From IMG/VR virus record IMGVR_UViG_3300012954_004455, positions 1-64,000 of that record: a DNA stretch of 64,000 nucleotides. One strand, written 5' to 3'. A program made the position numbers and the translations under genes. The notes below the pieces were generated by a model that saw only the letters and a list, made by a program, of their open reading frames with translations, made no database searches and was not told where the DNA came from. Positions within the stretch are counted from its first letter, which is position 1, and each line of letters opens with the position of its first letter. This document shows, piece after piece, positions 10,662-19,442 of the stretch. Source of the DNA: a virus.

Positions 10662-12053
10662 TTACCCCAAATCGCCCACCATCTTCTCAGGTATCACAAC
10701 CCGATCAAACTCCTCCTCCGTCAATAACCCCAACATCAAAGCAGCTTCTTTCAAAGTAATGTCTTTCTTATAAGCCGTCTTCGCAATCGCTGCAGCATTG
10801 TCATACCCAATATGCGTATTCAATGCCGTAACCAACATCAACGAATTATTCAACAAGGTCTTAATTCGCTTATGGTTCGGCTCAATACCTACCGCTAGAT
10901 TCTTATTAAACGAATCGCAAGCATCCCCCAGCAATCGTGCAGACATCAAATAGTTGTAAATCATTACAGGCTTAAACACATTCAGCTGAAAGTGCCCATG
11001 CGTCCCAGCAACTGTAATAGCTGTATCGTTCCCAATAATCTGTGCACATACCATAGTCACGGCTTCAGCCTGTGTAGGATTAACCTTCCCTGGCATAATA
11101 GACGACCCAGGCTCATTAGCTGGGATAATAATCTCCCCTATCCCACAACGAGGCCCCGATGCCAACAACCGAATATTATTTGCAATATTCATAAAACTTA
11201 CGGCCGCCCGTTTCAATGCGCCAGACGCCTCTACAATTGCATCATGCGCAGACAAGGCCTCAAACTTATTCGGTGCACTCACAAAAGGATGTCCACTCAA
11301 CTCCGCAATCTTAGCCGCAACCTTCTCAGCATACCCACGAGGCGTATTCAAACCTGTACCCACAGCCGTTCCCCCCAATGCCAACTCACTCAGCCGTACC
11401 AGCACTCCCCGAATAGCCGAAATACTGTTCGCCAACTGCGTAGCATAACCCGAAAACTCCTGTCCCAATGTCACAGGTGTAGCATCCATCAAATGCGTAC
11501 GCCCAATCTTCACAACCTTCGAAAAAGCTGCAGCCTTAGCCGCTAACGTATCATGAAGAGCCTGTAGCTTTGGCAATGTATGCTCTACAGTCGCTTTATA
11601 GGCGGCAATATGCATAGCCGTAGGGAAAGTATCATTCGATGACTGCGCCTTATTCACATCGTCATTCGGATGCACAGGCTTCTTCGAACCAATCTCCCCC
11701 CCTAACAACTCAATCGCACGATTCGCAACTACCTCATTCACATTCATATTCGACTGAGTACCTGAACCCGTCTGCCAAACAACCAACGGAAAATGCCCGT
11801 CCAATTTCCCCGCCAATACTTCGTCACACACCTGCGCAATTATCTCCGCCTTACTCCCATCCAATGCCCCCAATTCAGCATTCGTCAATGCTGCCGCCTT
11901 CTTCAAGATAGCGTATGCCCGAATAACCTCTATAGGCATCTTATGACCCCCTATTTTAAAGTTCTGCAAGGAGCGCTGTGTCTGAGCACCCCAGTATCGA
12001 TCCGCGGGGACTTGAATCTCCCCCATTGTATCTTTCTCTATTCTGTATTGCAT
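10662..12053 (-). CDS. fumC: Class II fumarate hydratase
   Basis: [13 protein letters not shown] start, [23 protein letters not shown] and the [11 protein letters not shown] signature. Confidence 0.97.
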   Translation of the reverse strand: MQYRIEKDTMGEIQVPADRYWGAQTQRSLQNFKIGGHKMPIEVIRAYAILKKAAALTNAELGALDGSKAEIIAQVCDEVLAGKLDGHFPLVVWQTGSGTQSNMNVNEVVANRAIELLGGEIGSKKPVHPNDDVNKAQSSNDTFPTAMHIAAYKATVEHTLPKLQALHDTLAAKAAAFSKVVKIGRTHLMDATPVTLGQEFSGYATQLANSISAIRGVLVRLSELALGGTAVGTGLNTPRGYAEKVAAKIAELSGHPFVSAPNKFEALSAHDAIVEASGALKRAAVSFMNIANNIRLLASGPRCGIGEIIIPANEPGSSIMPGKVNPTQAEAVTMVCAQIIGNDTAITVAGTHGHFQLNVFKPVMIYNYLMSARLLGDACDSFNKNLAVGIEPNHKRIKTLLNNSLMLVTALNTHIGYDNAAAIAKTAYKKDITLKEAALMLGLLTEEEFDRVVIPEKMVGDLG

Positions 12054-12147
12054 AAAACAATGGATTTGTTAATTCGTCTCCACAAAAGTAAAGGCTTATC
12101 AGGCATACATCAAGAAAATACCAAGCTTTTCAATCAAATACCTCCAT

Positions 12148-12185
12148 AAAAAAATCGGATTAAATCCCAATAAGATTTAATCCGA
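12148..12185 (-). terminator. Intrinsic terminator; probably the original terminator of the RNA gene used as the attachment site
   Basis: 12-bp perfect stem TCGGATTAAATC/GATTTAATCCGA followed on the minus strand by T7, 10 nt from the att core. Confidence 0.75.
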
Positions 12186-12195
12186 AGCAATTTAC

Positions 12196-12211
12196 GTGGA
12201 ATATACTGTTC
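12196..12211. repeat. att core, left junction (GTGGAATATACTGTTC)
   Basis: Exact 16-bp direct repeat of 52296-52311. The minus strand reads CAGT-ATATTCC-AC, like a tRNA/tmRNA T-stem plus acceptor 3' end. Confidence 0.85.
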
Positions 12212-12300
12212 TTAAGCCCCAGACTCGTATATCATTGATAGGCAATTGCTTATAAGGCTTTTGTAAAAAATGGTGAAACTGGGGTGCAAGAACTGCTATT

Positions 12301-12717
12301 TTAGCCCAATTTTTCTAATACCTGGTTTAGTATCTGGAGGGAGTCTTTTTGGAGTGCCTCGCTGCCTTTTATGGCTTTTACTGTGGGGGTATCTCCCTGC
12401 AGGGCTGCATTGAGAGCCTTGATGAGGGCTTGCTTTTCTGTATGGAAGTCTAAGATTTGGGCTTTGAGTTTTAAGATATCTGCCTTTGCTTCTTTGCATT
12501 CTAAGTGCTTGAACTCTGGGAATAGCTCTGAGGGGGCTATTTCTCCTACATGCATCAAGGTTAGAATTTGAGCTGCTCTGAGGTTCGGGTTTGAGAGTAG
12601 ACTGGAAACATTGCTTTGTGTACGGTCTATTTTCTCAGCAATTTCTTTTTGGTTCATTGCTCGCTTTTTGAATAAAGCTTTGAAACGGTTCCCTAGATTT
12701 ATGTTCTGATAATCCAT
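12301..12717 (-). CDS. XRE/CI-like HTH repressor, paralog A
   Basis: LGNRFKALFKKRAMNQKEIAEKIDRTQSNVSSLL HTH; paralog of the next gene. Confidence 0.8.
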   Translation of the reverse strand: MDYQNINLGNRFKALFKKRAMNQKEIAEKIDRTQSNVSSLLSNPNLRAAQILTLMHVGEIAPSELFPEFKHLECKEAKADILKLKAQILDFHTEKQALIKALNAALQGDTPTVKAIKGSEALQKDSLQILNQVLEKLG

Positions 12718-12779
12718 AATTCAACCATTGTTGCTATTAATATAGATATATGTTTGTATTAAATGAGATTTTTACCCAT

Positions 12780-12803
12780 ATTTGTATAAGTTAATTAATA
12801 CAG
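12780..12803. promoter_or_regulatory. Duplicated operator/promoter block (copy 1)
   Basis: ATTTGTATAAGTTAATTAATACAG, 23/24 identical to 13296-13319. Confidence 0.6.
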
Positions 12804-12810
12804 CGAAGGG

Positions 12811-13233
12811 CTACGCGCCCAATTTGGCTGTAACGTTCTTTAAAATGCGGATGGAATTTGGGCTCAGGAGGTCTGGTTCAGACATGAGTCTATTCACATG
12901 GTCTCTTTTACCAGAAAGGGCTGCCTCTAGGAGCTCTAGAATGGCTTCTTTCTCGGTGTAGGTGTCGAGGATGTTTGATTGTAGCTTGAGAATCTTTTGT
13001 TTCTCGGCTTTGCATTCGAGATGCTTTAAGAAGGGAAAGATATCTGAAGGCGCAATCTCTGCATAAACCATGACTTCTATTACGAAATCGCTCCTTAGAC
13101 GAGCTCGTTTTAGTTTTTGGTTTATGTTCTGGTGATTTGATTCAAGGGCGTCTGCTAACTCAGTTTGAGAAACCCTTTTCTCTTTGAGAAGTTCCTTGAT
13201 TCTGGAACCTAAGTGAAAGTCTTCATAAGCCAT
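12811..13233 (-). CDS. XRE/CI-like HTH repressor, paralog B
   Basis: LGSRIKELLKEKRVSQTELADALESNHQNINQKL; shares APSxxFPxxKHLECK with paralog A. Start trimmed to ATG 13233. Confidence 0.8.
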   Translation of the reverse strand: MAYEDFHLGSRIKELLKEKRVSQTELADALESNHQNINQKLKRARLRSDFVIEVMVYAEIAPSDIFPFLKHLECKAEKQKILKLQSNILDTYTEKEAILELLEAALSGKRDHVNRLMSEPDLLSPNSIRILKNVTAKLGA

Positions 13234-13292
13234 GATTGATTTTTTAGTTTTAAAAAAGCAACTAAAAAGTTGCAAATAAAGAAAACATTGCT

Positions 13293-13328
13293 CACATTTG
13301 TATAAGCTAATTAATACAGGCAAATATA
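13293..13328. promoter_or_regulatory. Lysis-lysogeny switch region: face-to-face -7 boxes around a putative operator
   Basis: Rightward CACATTTG (13293-13300), leftward TATATTTG (complement of 13321-13328); Bacteroidota -7 consensus is TAnnTTTG. Confidence 0.55.
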
Positions 13329-13370
13329 AAGAATGATATATGCTTGTAGTAATTGAACGAAAGAAAATTG

Positions 13371-13595
13371 ATGATGGGAACAGCTATTAAGGTAAAAAGA
13401 GGAGACGTAAGTAGGGTAGTAGGGATTACTGGATTGCCTTTCCCTACGGTTTACTCTGCTTTAAACGGCCTCCGAAAAGGAGAGTTAAGTAAAGTGGTAA
13501 TCAGAGTGTACGGAGCTTTATTGGATTCTGATGAACAGATTGCCTTGCAGTATAAGGCAGGTAAGTTTGATGGAGATAATGGAGACAATAGTTAG
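13371..13595 (+). CDS. Cro-like small HTH protein
   Basis: Divergent from the repressors; GDVSRVVGITGLPFPTVYSALNG HTH; homolog at 54041. Confidence 0.7.
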   Translation: MMGTAIKVKRGDVSRVVGITGLPFPTVYSALNGLRKGELSKVVIRVYGALLDSDEQIALQYKAGKFDGDNGDNS

Positions 13596-13656
13596 GTTTA
13601 ATTGTTTGTTTGGAGAAAGGGGTAAATAGTTCCTAAAACAGGCTTAACAACCATCG

Positions 13657-14268
13657 GGGCGCGCGTGAGTGAAACACTATTCCTTGATAAGGAAGGATTG
13701 AAGCAATAGGTGGTTACTTTGCACTTAGCGCGCCCAATTTTTTAAGGAGATAATGAATGATAGATAATAGATTACACCTTATGTAAAGGGCGCGCTAGAT
13801 AGCGATATTAAATACTTAGGCAAGGACTCAGCTCATAACGCGCCCATTTTTTTAGAAACAACACCAAATCTATCTCAAGGGAGTGGGGATACAGTCGGGA
13901 TAGAGGGAGAATATAAATATGACAGTGCCACTCCTGATTTTTTTAGGTTTCAATAGTTGATCGAAAAGGCGCGGTATTCTAGTTGGATTCATGCTCAAAA
14001 GGCCAATATTAATTCTTTCTAATTCTTTCTTTTCGATGCCGCGCCCATTTTTTTAGATGCAATAGAAGATTCGGATAAATAAGTGAAAGGAGGTTTTATA
14101 TCACTGATATGTAAAAATATCTTGATGGGATAGCTGTATCTAGGATATACGGCAGTCTCTCGCATGCCAGGCCTGGCGCGAAAAAGAAGGCATCAATTTT
14201 TTCAATAACAACAGTGGGGTCGGGGGGAGAGTAGAAGAAGGGAAAAATACGCCTCTCGACCTTTTTTT
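13657..14268 (+). ncRNA. Putative array of six structured small RNAs or long-loop terminators
   Basis: No ORF of 60 aa or more. Six units of a closing stem (three are GGCGCG/CGCGCC), an unrelated 24-65 nt insert and a T6-7 tract. Confidence 0.5.
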
Positions 14269-14283
14269 AATGTGTATATAGTG

Positions 14284-14493
14284 ATGTTAAAATTAAGAGT
14301 TATAAAATTGATAGTTGGGCAATCTCCTATGATACTGGAACTGGATGTGAATCTGGATGATGAACGGTTCGAGTCGGTTGATTTTGAGAAGGCTTGGAAG
14401 GTTGCTAAGGATAAGCAGGCTGTAACGTTTGCGGATGAGAAGAAGGGAGATGTACTGCTGGTGACGGTAGCGAAGAAGGGGGGGCTGGGATGA
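14284..14493 (+). CDS. Hypothetical phage early protein
   Basis: ORF, ATGA-coupled to the next gene. Confidence 0.6.
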   Translation: MLKLRVIKLIVGQSPMILELDVNLDDERFESVDFEKAWKVAKDKQAVTFADEKKGDVLLVTVAKKGGLG

Positions 14494-15122
14494 TAATTAG
14501 AGAGGATCTGAGACCGTTTTTCCAGACTTACTTCTGGAAACCGACTGATTTGAAGGATGTTGAGGGGATGACTGAGTATTGGGTGGTGAAGTTTCCTTCT
14601 ATTATTAATAAGTTACTAGAAAAGAAGGAGGTGCTGGGGCATGCACATAAAGGGCTAGGGACGGATACGATTTGGTATAGTGATCCTGAACAGGATTATA
14701 CTGAGCTAATAGAGGAGATGAAGAATGAAATAGATGCTTGTACTCGTAGCCTATTTATGGTTGAACTGGGTGTAGGAGGGAAGGCTCATGATAAGAAGGG
14801 GGAGCTTGGGAGTACGGTGATGTACTTGGGCGAATACGCCCATTGGGAGGAGATTTATTATAAAATAGGCTGGAAAGAAGCCCACATGGAAGCGGCTCAA
14901 GGGATTAGAGGGCAAGGGCGAGGGACTTTCCATGAAAATACGATCATGAAAGTGGATACTTTCGGGAGATTCACGCTTTATTCTGATTATACGCTGCAAT
15001 GTGTATGCGAAGAGAAAGATATAGAGACGGTGAAAGAGTTCCTGAAGCTGGGAGCAGAGGAACACCTGAAGGCACTGAAAGGACTAATCATGCTGACCAT
15101 CAAAAGATTGAATAACGAATGA
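14490..15122 (+). CDS. Hypothetical phage early protein
   Basis: 210-aa ORF in a coupled operon. Confidence 0.7.
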   Translation: MIIREDLRPFFQTYFWKPTDLKDVEGMTEYWVVKFPSIINKLLEKKEVLGHAHKGLGTDTIWYSDPEQDYTELIEEMKNEIDACTRSLFMVELGVGGKAHDKKGELGSTVMYLGEYAHWEEIYYKIGWKEAHMEAAQGIRGQGRGTFHENTIMKVDTFGRFTLYSDYTLQCVCEEKDIETVKEFLKLGAEEHLKALKGLIMLTIKRLNNE

Positions 15123-16423
15123 TTACGAACAAGAAGATAGAACTCAGCACGTGTTCTAAGGACTTCATAAAGAAGAACTTTAAGAATGTGTTCAATGAAT
15201 TAAAAGAGCTATACAGAAAGGATCGGGCGGGGTTTCCTATAGAGGATTTTGTGCTTTATAAATCCGTCAAGGGGAAACAGACTGTGTACAAAACTACCAA
15301 AGAGATGGTTGCGGATATGGAACATTATAGCTTGAAGCTGAAAAGAGCTAGATCGGAGCGTTCTAAACTGAACTGGAAAACAAAGATATATTTGGCTGAA
15401 CTCGCGCTTGCATTGCCTATGAAAACACAGGAGGATCGGATGTACTTTGGGGTAGATGAGCCATTGGTGGCGAGCTGCCTTAAAGCTCTGGGAGAAAACT
15501 TGGTGTATGTGAATCATCTGGGGTGGGTGTGGACGAGAGACTTCAAAATGGGGGTTAAAGGGAAGAATGGGGAGTATGAGGTTTTGCCTGGGCTGGATGT
15601 ATCTCCAGAGTCAAAGGAGGGGTTTTGGGAGTATGAGGGGGTTCTGCCGTCATTGCGGCAGATGATGAAGGATAGAAGTAAGGTATTAAAGAAGATTTTG
15701 GGGTGGGAAGAAAAGGGGGAATTCAAGCATATAACAGTGACACTTGGGCTATATGAGCGGTTTGGGGATGATTGGATTCTGAATGAAGATGCCTACCCTA
15801 TATCTTATGATGAGCTTAATAAGCATGGGGTTTATTCTTACCGTACCTTGTCTGTGGAAGGGATAGGGAAACCCTATGAGACGTTTGAGACGGTTCAAGG
15901 GAGATATGAGGTGGAATGTATAGAGGGGGAAGAGGAGGAGGCATTGAAGGCTTTGAAGGAGTACTGGGAGAGATTTAGGGATGATAGCCCAATTGAGGCG
16001 GCTTTTAAATCGGGGAAACCAGTGATTATGCATACCTATACAGAAACCACGCCCCTCGATGGGGAAGATGAAGACCTGAGCGACAAATGTGAGTGGGAGT
16101 TTAGGTATAAGAGCTGGCAGGAGATTGAAAACACCTTCGCTTTGGTTATGCTGGAGCATGATCCAGAACCAAAACGGTATGAATTTGAGGCAATGTTCTA
16201 TATAAAGATGAGATATAAGAATGATGTTGTTTGTATCTCATTATCTGATGAGATGATGGGCAAAGATACAATTGACTTTTGGTATGAGACTGCCCATTGG
16301 GCGCACCCTATGGGGAGAAAAGAAGGGGAGAGCCAGATTGACTTTTTGAAGAGACTGGATCGGTACATAGGGGCGAGTGTAAGGGAGTTTGAAAAGGAGG
16401 AGGGGACAGATGAAGGAGACTAA
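15119..16423 (+). CDS. Hypothetical phage early protein
   Basis: 434-aa ORF in a coupled operon. Confidence 0.75.
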   Translation: MITNKKIELSTCSKDFIKKNFKNVFNELKELYRKDRAGFPIEDFVLYKSVKGKQTVYKTTKEMVADMEHYSLKLKRARSERSKLNWKTKIYLAELALALPMKTQEDRMYFGVDEPLVASCLKALGENLVYVNHLGWVWTRDFKMGVKGKNGEYEVLPGLDVSPESKEGFWEYEGVLPSLRQMMKDRSKVLKKILGWEEKGEFKHITVTLGLYERFGDDWILNEDAYPISYDELNKHGVYSYRTLSVEGIGKPYETFETVQGRYEVECIEGEEEEALKALKEYWERFRDDSPIEAAFKSGKPVIMHTYTETTPLDGEDEDLSDKCEWEFRYKSWQEIENTFALVMLEHDPEPKRYEFEAMFYIKMRYKNDVVCISLSDEMMGKDTIDFWYETAHWAHPMGRKEGESQIDFLKRLDRYIGASVREFEKEEGTDEGD

Positions 16424-16805
16424 GCATGTGATTGAGATTGAGGTCAGAGTGTGTGGATCAACTCTTTATGTATTGACTCGGGATTTAAAAGCCCACAGAC
16501 TTTCAAAAGATGGGCTGTATCTGCTACCTGTGCCGAGTGCTATTTTTGATATTAACGGCTGTCATGGACTAAGCCCTCTCCAAAGGATGCCATTCCTGGC
16601 AAAGGAGATAGGCCAAATCAAGAGAAAAAGTTTCTTCTTAAAGGTCAATGTTACATGGACATGGAAATGTCTTGTATTTAAGGAGAACTTGGAGGAAATG
16701 AAATTGAGGATACTGGAGGAGGCGGAAATCCTATTGGAGGGGAAGCTATGGGAAATCAAACATGTTCTACAACAAATAGATGAAAAGCTATGCAAAAAAG
16801 AGTAG
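16410..16805 (+). CDS. Hypothetical phage early protein
   Basis: ORF overlapping both neighbours; ATG 16410. Confidence 0.65.
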   Translation: MKETKHVIEIEVRVCGSTLYVLTRDLKAHRLSKDGLYLLPVPSAIFDINGCHGLSPLQRMPFLAKEIGQIKRKSFFLKVNVTWTWKCLVFKENLEEMKLRILEEAEILLEGKLWEIKHVLQQIDEKLCKKE

Positions 16806-17083
16806 TAGCATACGATAATAAAACGAAGGCGATGCAAGTGGCCGAGAAGATGCGAAGTGATATAATGGGGGCTGAAGGGAAATGGGAATATGGGGTAAAA
16901 AACACTGAAAACGGATATTGGGCTCCTATGCTGAAGGTACTGACGCAAGGATTAACAGTGAGAATTTTTAAGGTAGAGAATGGCCTTACCTATATGGCTG
17001 CCTACCAACTCTCAGGGACGAAGGGGAAATGGGCGACAGGGAGCAGCCCAGCAAATGCTCTTTACAGACTTTTAAATAATTAG
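16790..17083 (+). CDS. Hypothetical protein (paralog of 20779..21075)
   Basis: YDNKTKAMQVAEKM...GYWAPMLK versus YETKEAAEKVAEEM...GYVPSLK. Confidence 0.65.
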   Translation: MQKRVVAYDNKTKAMQVAEKMRSDIMGAEGKWEYGVKNTENGYWAPMLKVLTQGLTVRIFKVENGLTYMAAYQLSGTKGKWATGSSPANALYRLLNN

Positions 17084-17126
17084 AGTTAAGAAAGGCTGTT
17101 GAAAAAATACGAAAGCTACATAAACG

Positions 17127-17786
17127 ATGAAGAGAATAATAGAAGCAGCAGTGCCTCCTAAGAAGGTTTTTAGGACGGATGAGGCAAGGATAAAAGCCTC
17201 CAGAAGAGTTGAGGAGTGGCTGAAAGGTAGTAAACTTGAGGGGAAGGTTAATGTTTTCTCGAAGGACGGATGGACATATGAGATACAATGGACATTTCAT
17301 AAAGACGACTATAATGAAATCACGATCAAGGCTCATGAGATAAAAGGAGATAAGGAGGATCGGGTTTGTTTTTTTGCTTGGGCAGAAGATGAGTTTGTGG
17401 TGACTGGGAGTGGGGAAAACCTTATAAATCTTTTATGCTCTATGAAACGGGAGCTGATCGGAGGACAAGGAGACGAGTGGGAGCAAGTGAAAGAGATAGA
17501 TAAGTTTAGCTTTTCTCTGGCTCTTAATGCGTTTCATACAACGCAAAGGATGGGAGAGTATAAAAGAGGGTATTTTGGGTGGGAGGAGGTGAATGGATCC
17601 AAAACTATACGCCCCTACAAGGTGGGAATGATAGATAAGAGCGGGGAGTTTCCTTTTGTTGAGTACACGGTTATTTGCTTCTCGAAACAAAGAGAGGCTT
17701 ATGAACGGAAGGTAATTAAGCAGGTGAGAGAGGATTTCGAGAAGGTAAAGGAGAGCTTAAATAGGGCAGGATGGATATGCTCGTAA
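17127..17786 (+). CDS. Hypothetical phage early protein
   Basis: 219-aa ORF. Confidence 0.7.
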   Translation: MKRIIEAAVPPKKVFRTDEARIKASRRVEEWLKGSKLEGKVNVFSKDGWTYEIQWTFHKDDYNEITIKAHEIKGDKEDRVCFFAWAEDEFVVTGSGENLINLLCSMKRELIGGQGDEWEQVKEIDKFSFSLALNAFHTTQRMGEYKRGYFGWEEVNGSKTIRPYKVGMIDKSGEFPFVEYTVICFSKQREAYERKVIKQVREDFEKVKESLNRAGWICS

Positions 17787-18079
17787 TGAAATATAGATGT
17801 GACCTCAAGCATTTTAAGACGGGTAAGGCGGCGGAGGTGTGGGGGAAGCGATTGGTGAAACGCCTGGGGCGAGAAGCAAGAGTTGATGCTGTGGGGTTTG
17901 ATGATCTGGAAGGGGTGGCTAGGTACTCTTTTCGGATATGGCTAACGGGGCAGAAAAGGGATGTTTATCTCTTTGAGGAACCCAGTGGGGAGGATGAAGA
18001 AAGAAAGTTCCTCCTGTGGGATGGGACTAAGGAGGAAAGATTTGAAGGACTGAATGATTTGATAGAGTATTTAAAGTAA
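17771..18079 (+). CDS. Hypothetical phage early protein
   Basis: 102-aa ORF in operon. Confidence 0.65.
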   Translation: MDMLVMKYRCDLKHFKTGKAAEVWGKRLVKRLGREARVDAVGFDDLEGVARYSFRIWLTGQKRDVYLFEEPSGEDEERKFLLWDGTKEERFEGLNDLIEYLK

Positions 18080-18086
18080 TAGAGTT

Positions 18087-18701
18087 ATGTATAAAGAAGA
18101 CTTACAGAAGATTTGGGCTGAACGCCCACAAGATATGGCAATAAGCAAGATCCTGTCTCCAGGGAAGTCTCTACAGGATCTTTATGAAATCAACGCGCAA
18201 ACGTTGGGGGAGATGAGAAAAATCCTAAAGGGAGCTAGAACACGTTTGGAGGAAATGCATGAGTTTTTTGTCTTGAAAGATATTGATGTGAGCGGGTGGG
18301 ATGCCTGGATAAGTGAGATGGGAAATGCCATTGACCAATACGAAAGGGAGAAAATGCCTTATAATAAGCGCACCCAAGTTCACGCAATTATTGTGATGAT
18401 AAAGGACAAGCAAATTAAGATAGAAGAGCGTGAGTGGCATCAGGTGTCTTACGAGAAACTGCGGGGTGAAGAGGAGATGGGGGAATGGCGTGGAATACAG
18501 ACCAAAATATCATTCTCTCAGGGAGCCTTGCTACACAACTATCAACCCATATCCTTGGACTCAGACCATAAATGGTTCTTTACTACTGAATATGGGTTGA
18601 AATGGGTACAGAGAGAAATTTTAAGGCTTGCGATAGAGATGGCTAATATGAAGGGGTATTCAATTGTTTTGGAAAAGGAGAAGGTAGAGGTAGAATTATA
18701 G
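18087..18701 (+). CDS. Hypothetical phage early protein
   Basis: 204-aa ORF. Confidence 0.7.
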   Translation: MYKEDLQKIWAERPQDMAISKILSPGKSLQDLYEINAQTLGEMRKILKGARTRLEEMHEFFVLKDIDVSGWDAWISEMGNAIDQYEREKMPYNKRTQVHAIIVMIKDKQIKIEEREWHQVSYEKLRGEEEMGEWRGIQTKISFSQGALLHNYQPISLDSDHKWFFTTEYGLKWVQREILRLAIEMANMKGYSIVLEKEKVEVEL

Positions 18702-18743
18702 AAAAGTTCTCAGGCATTATAAATAACATTTAAGTGTGGTAAT

Positions 18744-19442
18744 ATGAATGAAAGAAGAGAGCGAAATAGAAAACGTCGGGGGCAGGGAGAACTTTGGGAG
18801 GTGTATGGAATACAGAAAGAAGCTCCGAAGGTTTTAAGGTTTTTGGAGGAAGAAGTGGGGGGAATGTGGGAACAGGGGGGAAAAACAGGAGAGAACCCTA
18901 GTGTGATATTCAGAGGAAGAGCAGGGAAACGGGCTGTCTCCTTAAGACTACTGAGAGGACAAAAACTAAAGGTGATTTCTCCTATAGAAGATCTGGGTCT
19001 GAGCTCAGGAGCTCAAACGTTCTTTCTTGGAGCGATCAGTTATAGGGCTCTGCTGCCAACGGTACGAGCAATTTTGGGACTGGGAGATAGAGAGGTGCCG
19101 CTGAAGCATGCGAATATATTGGAGACTGTTGTTTTGATGCATACATGTGCAGCATTGTTGGAGATGGAAGAATGGTGGAAGAGGCAACAATACGAATTGA
19201 GGGTGGTGACTTCTAGCCCACGAAGAGATGTTTTAGGGTTTGGGCTGGAAAGCCTTATGCACCCTTTGGATGTGAAAAGACAACTAACTGCTGAGATACA
19301 AGGGGTACGGGATGGTGGGGTGGTTAGTATGAAGCTGATGGAAAGTGGTGAATGGATGTTTGATGGGAAAGGGGTAAAACTATTTGCGCATACGTTTGGC
19401 GATTTGATGGATGAGATGAAGGGGTTGCAGAATGATGGGTAA
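18744..19442 (+). CDS. Hypothetical protein, paralog 1 of a tandem triplet
   Basis: FLEEEVGGMW...LKVISPI...LLPTVRAILG...ESGEWMFDG. Confidence 0.75.
   Translation: MNERRERNRKRRGQGELWEVYGIQKEAPKVLRFLEEEVGGMWEQGGKTGENPSVIFRGRAGKRAVSLRLLRGQKLKVISPIEDLGLSSGAQTFFLGAISYRALLPTVRAILGLGDREVPLKHANILETVVLMHTCAALLEMEEWWKRQQYELRVVTSSPRRDVLGFGLESLMHPLDVKRQLTAEIQGVRDGGVVSMKLMESGEWMFDGKGVKLFAHTFGDLMDEMKGLQNDG

Noticed and set aside
65-12149. Many alternative-frame and antisense ORFs over the toxins and fumC
   Set aside because: Shadow ORFs produced by strong codon and strand bias, fully overlapping well-supported genes.
13657-14268. CRISPR mini-array or TIGR array
   Set aside because: Repeats are short inverted clamps that are not identical, the period is irregular (about 90-155 nt), and no Cas or Nop-domain gene is recognisable.
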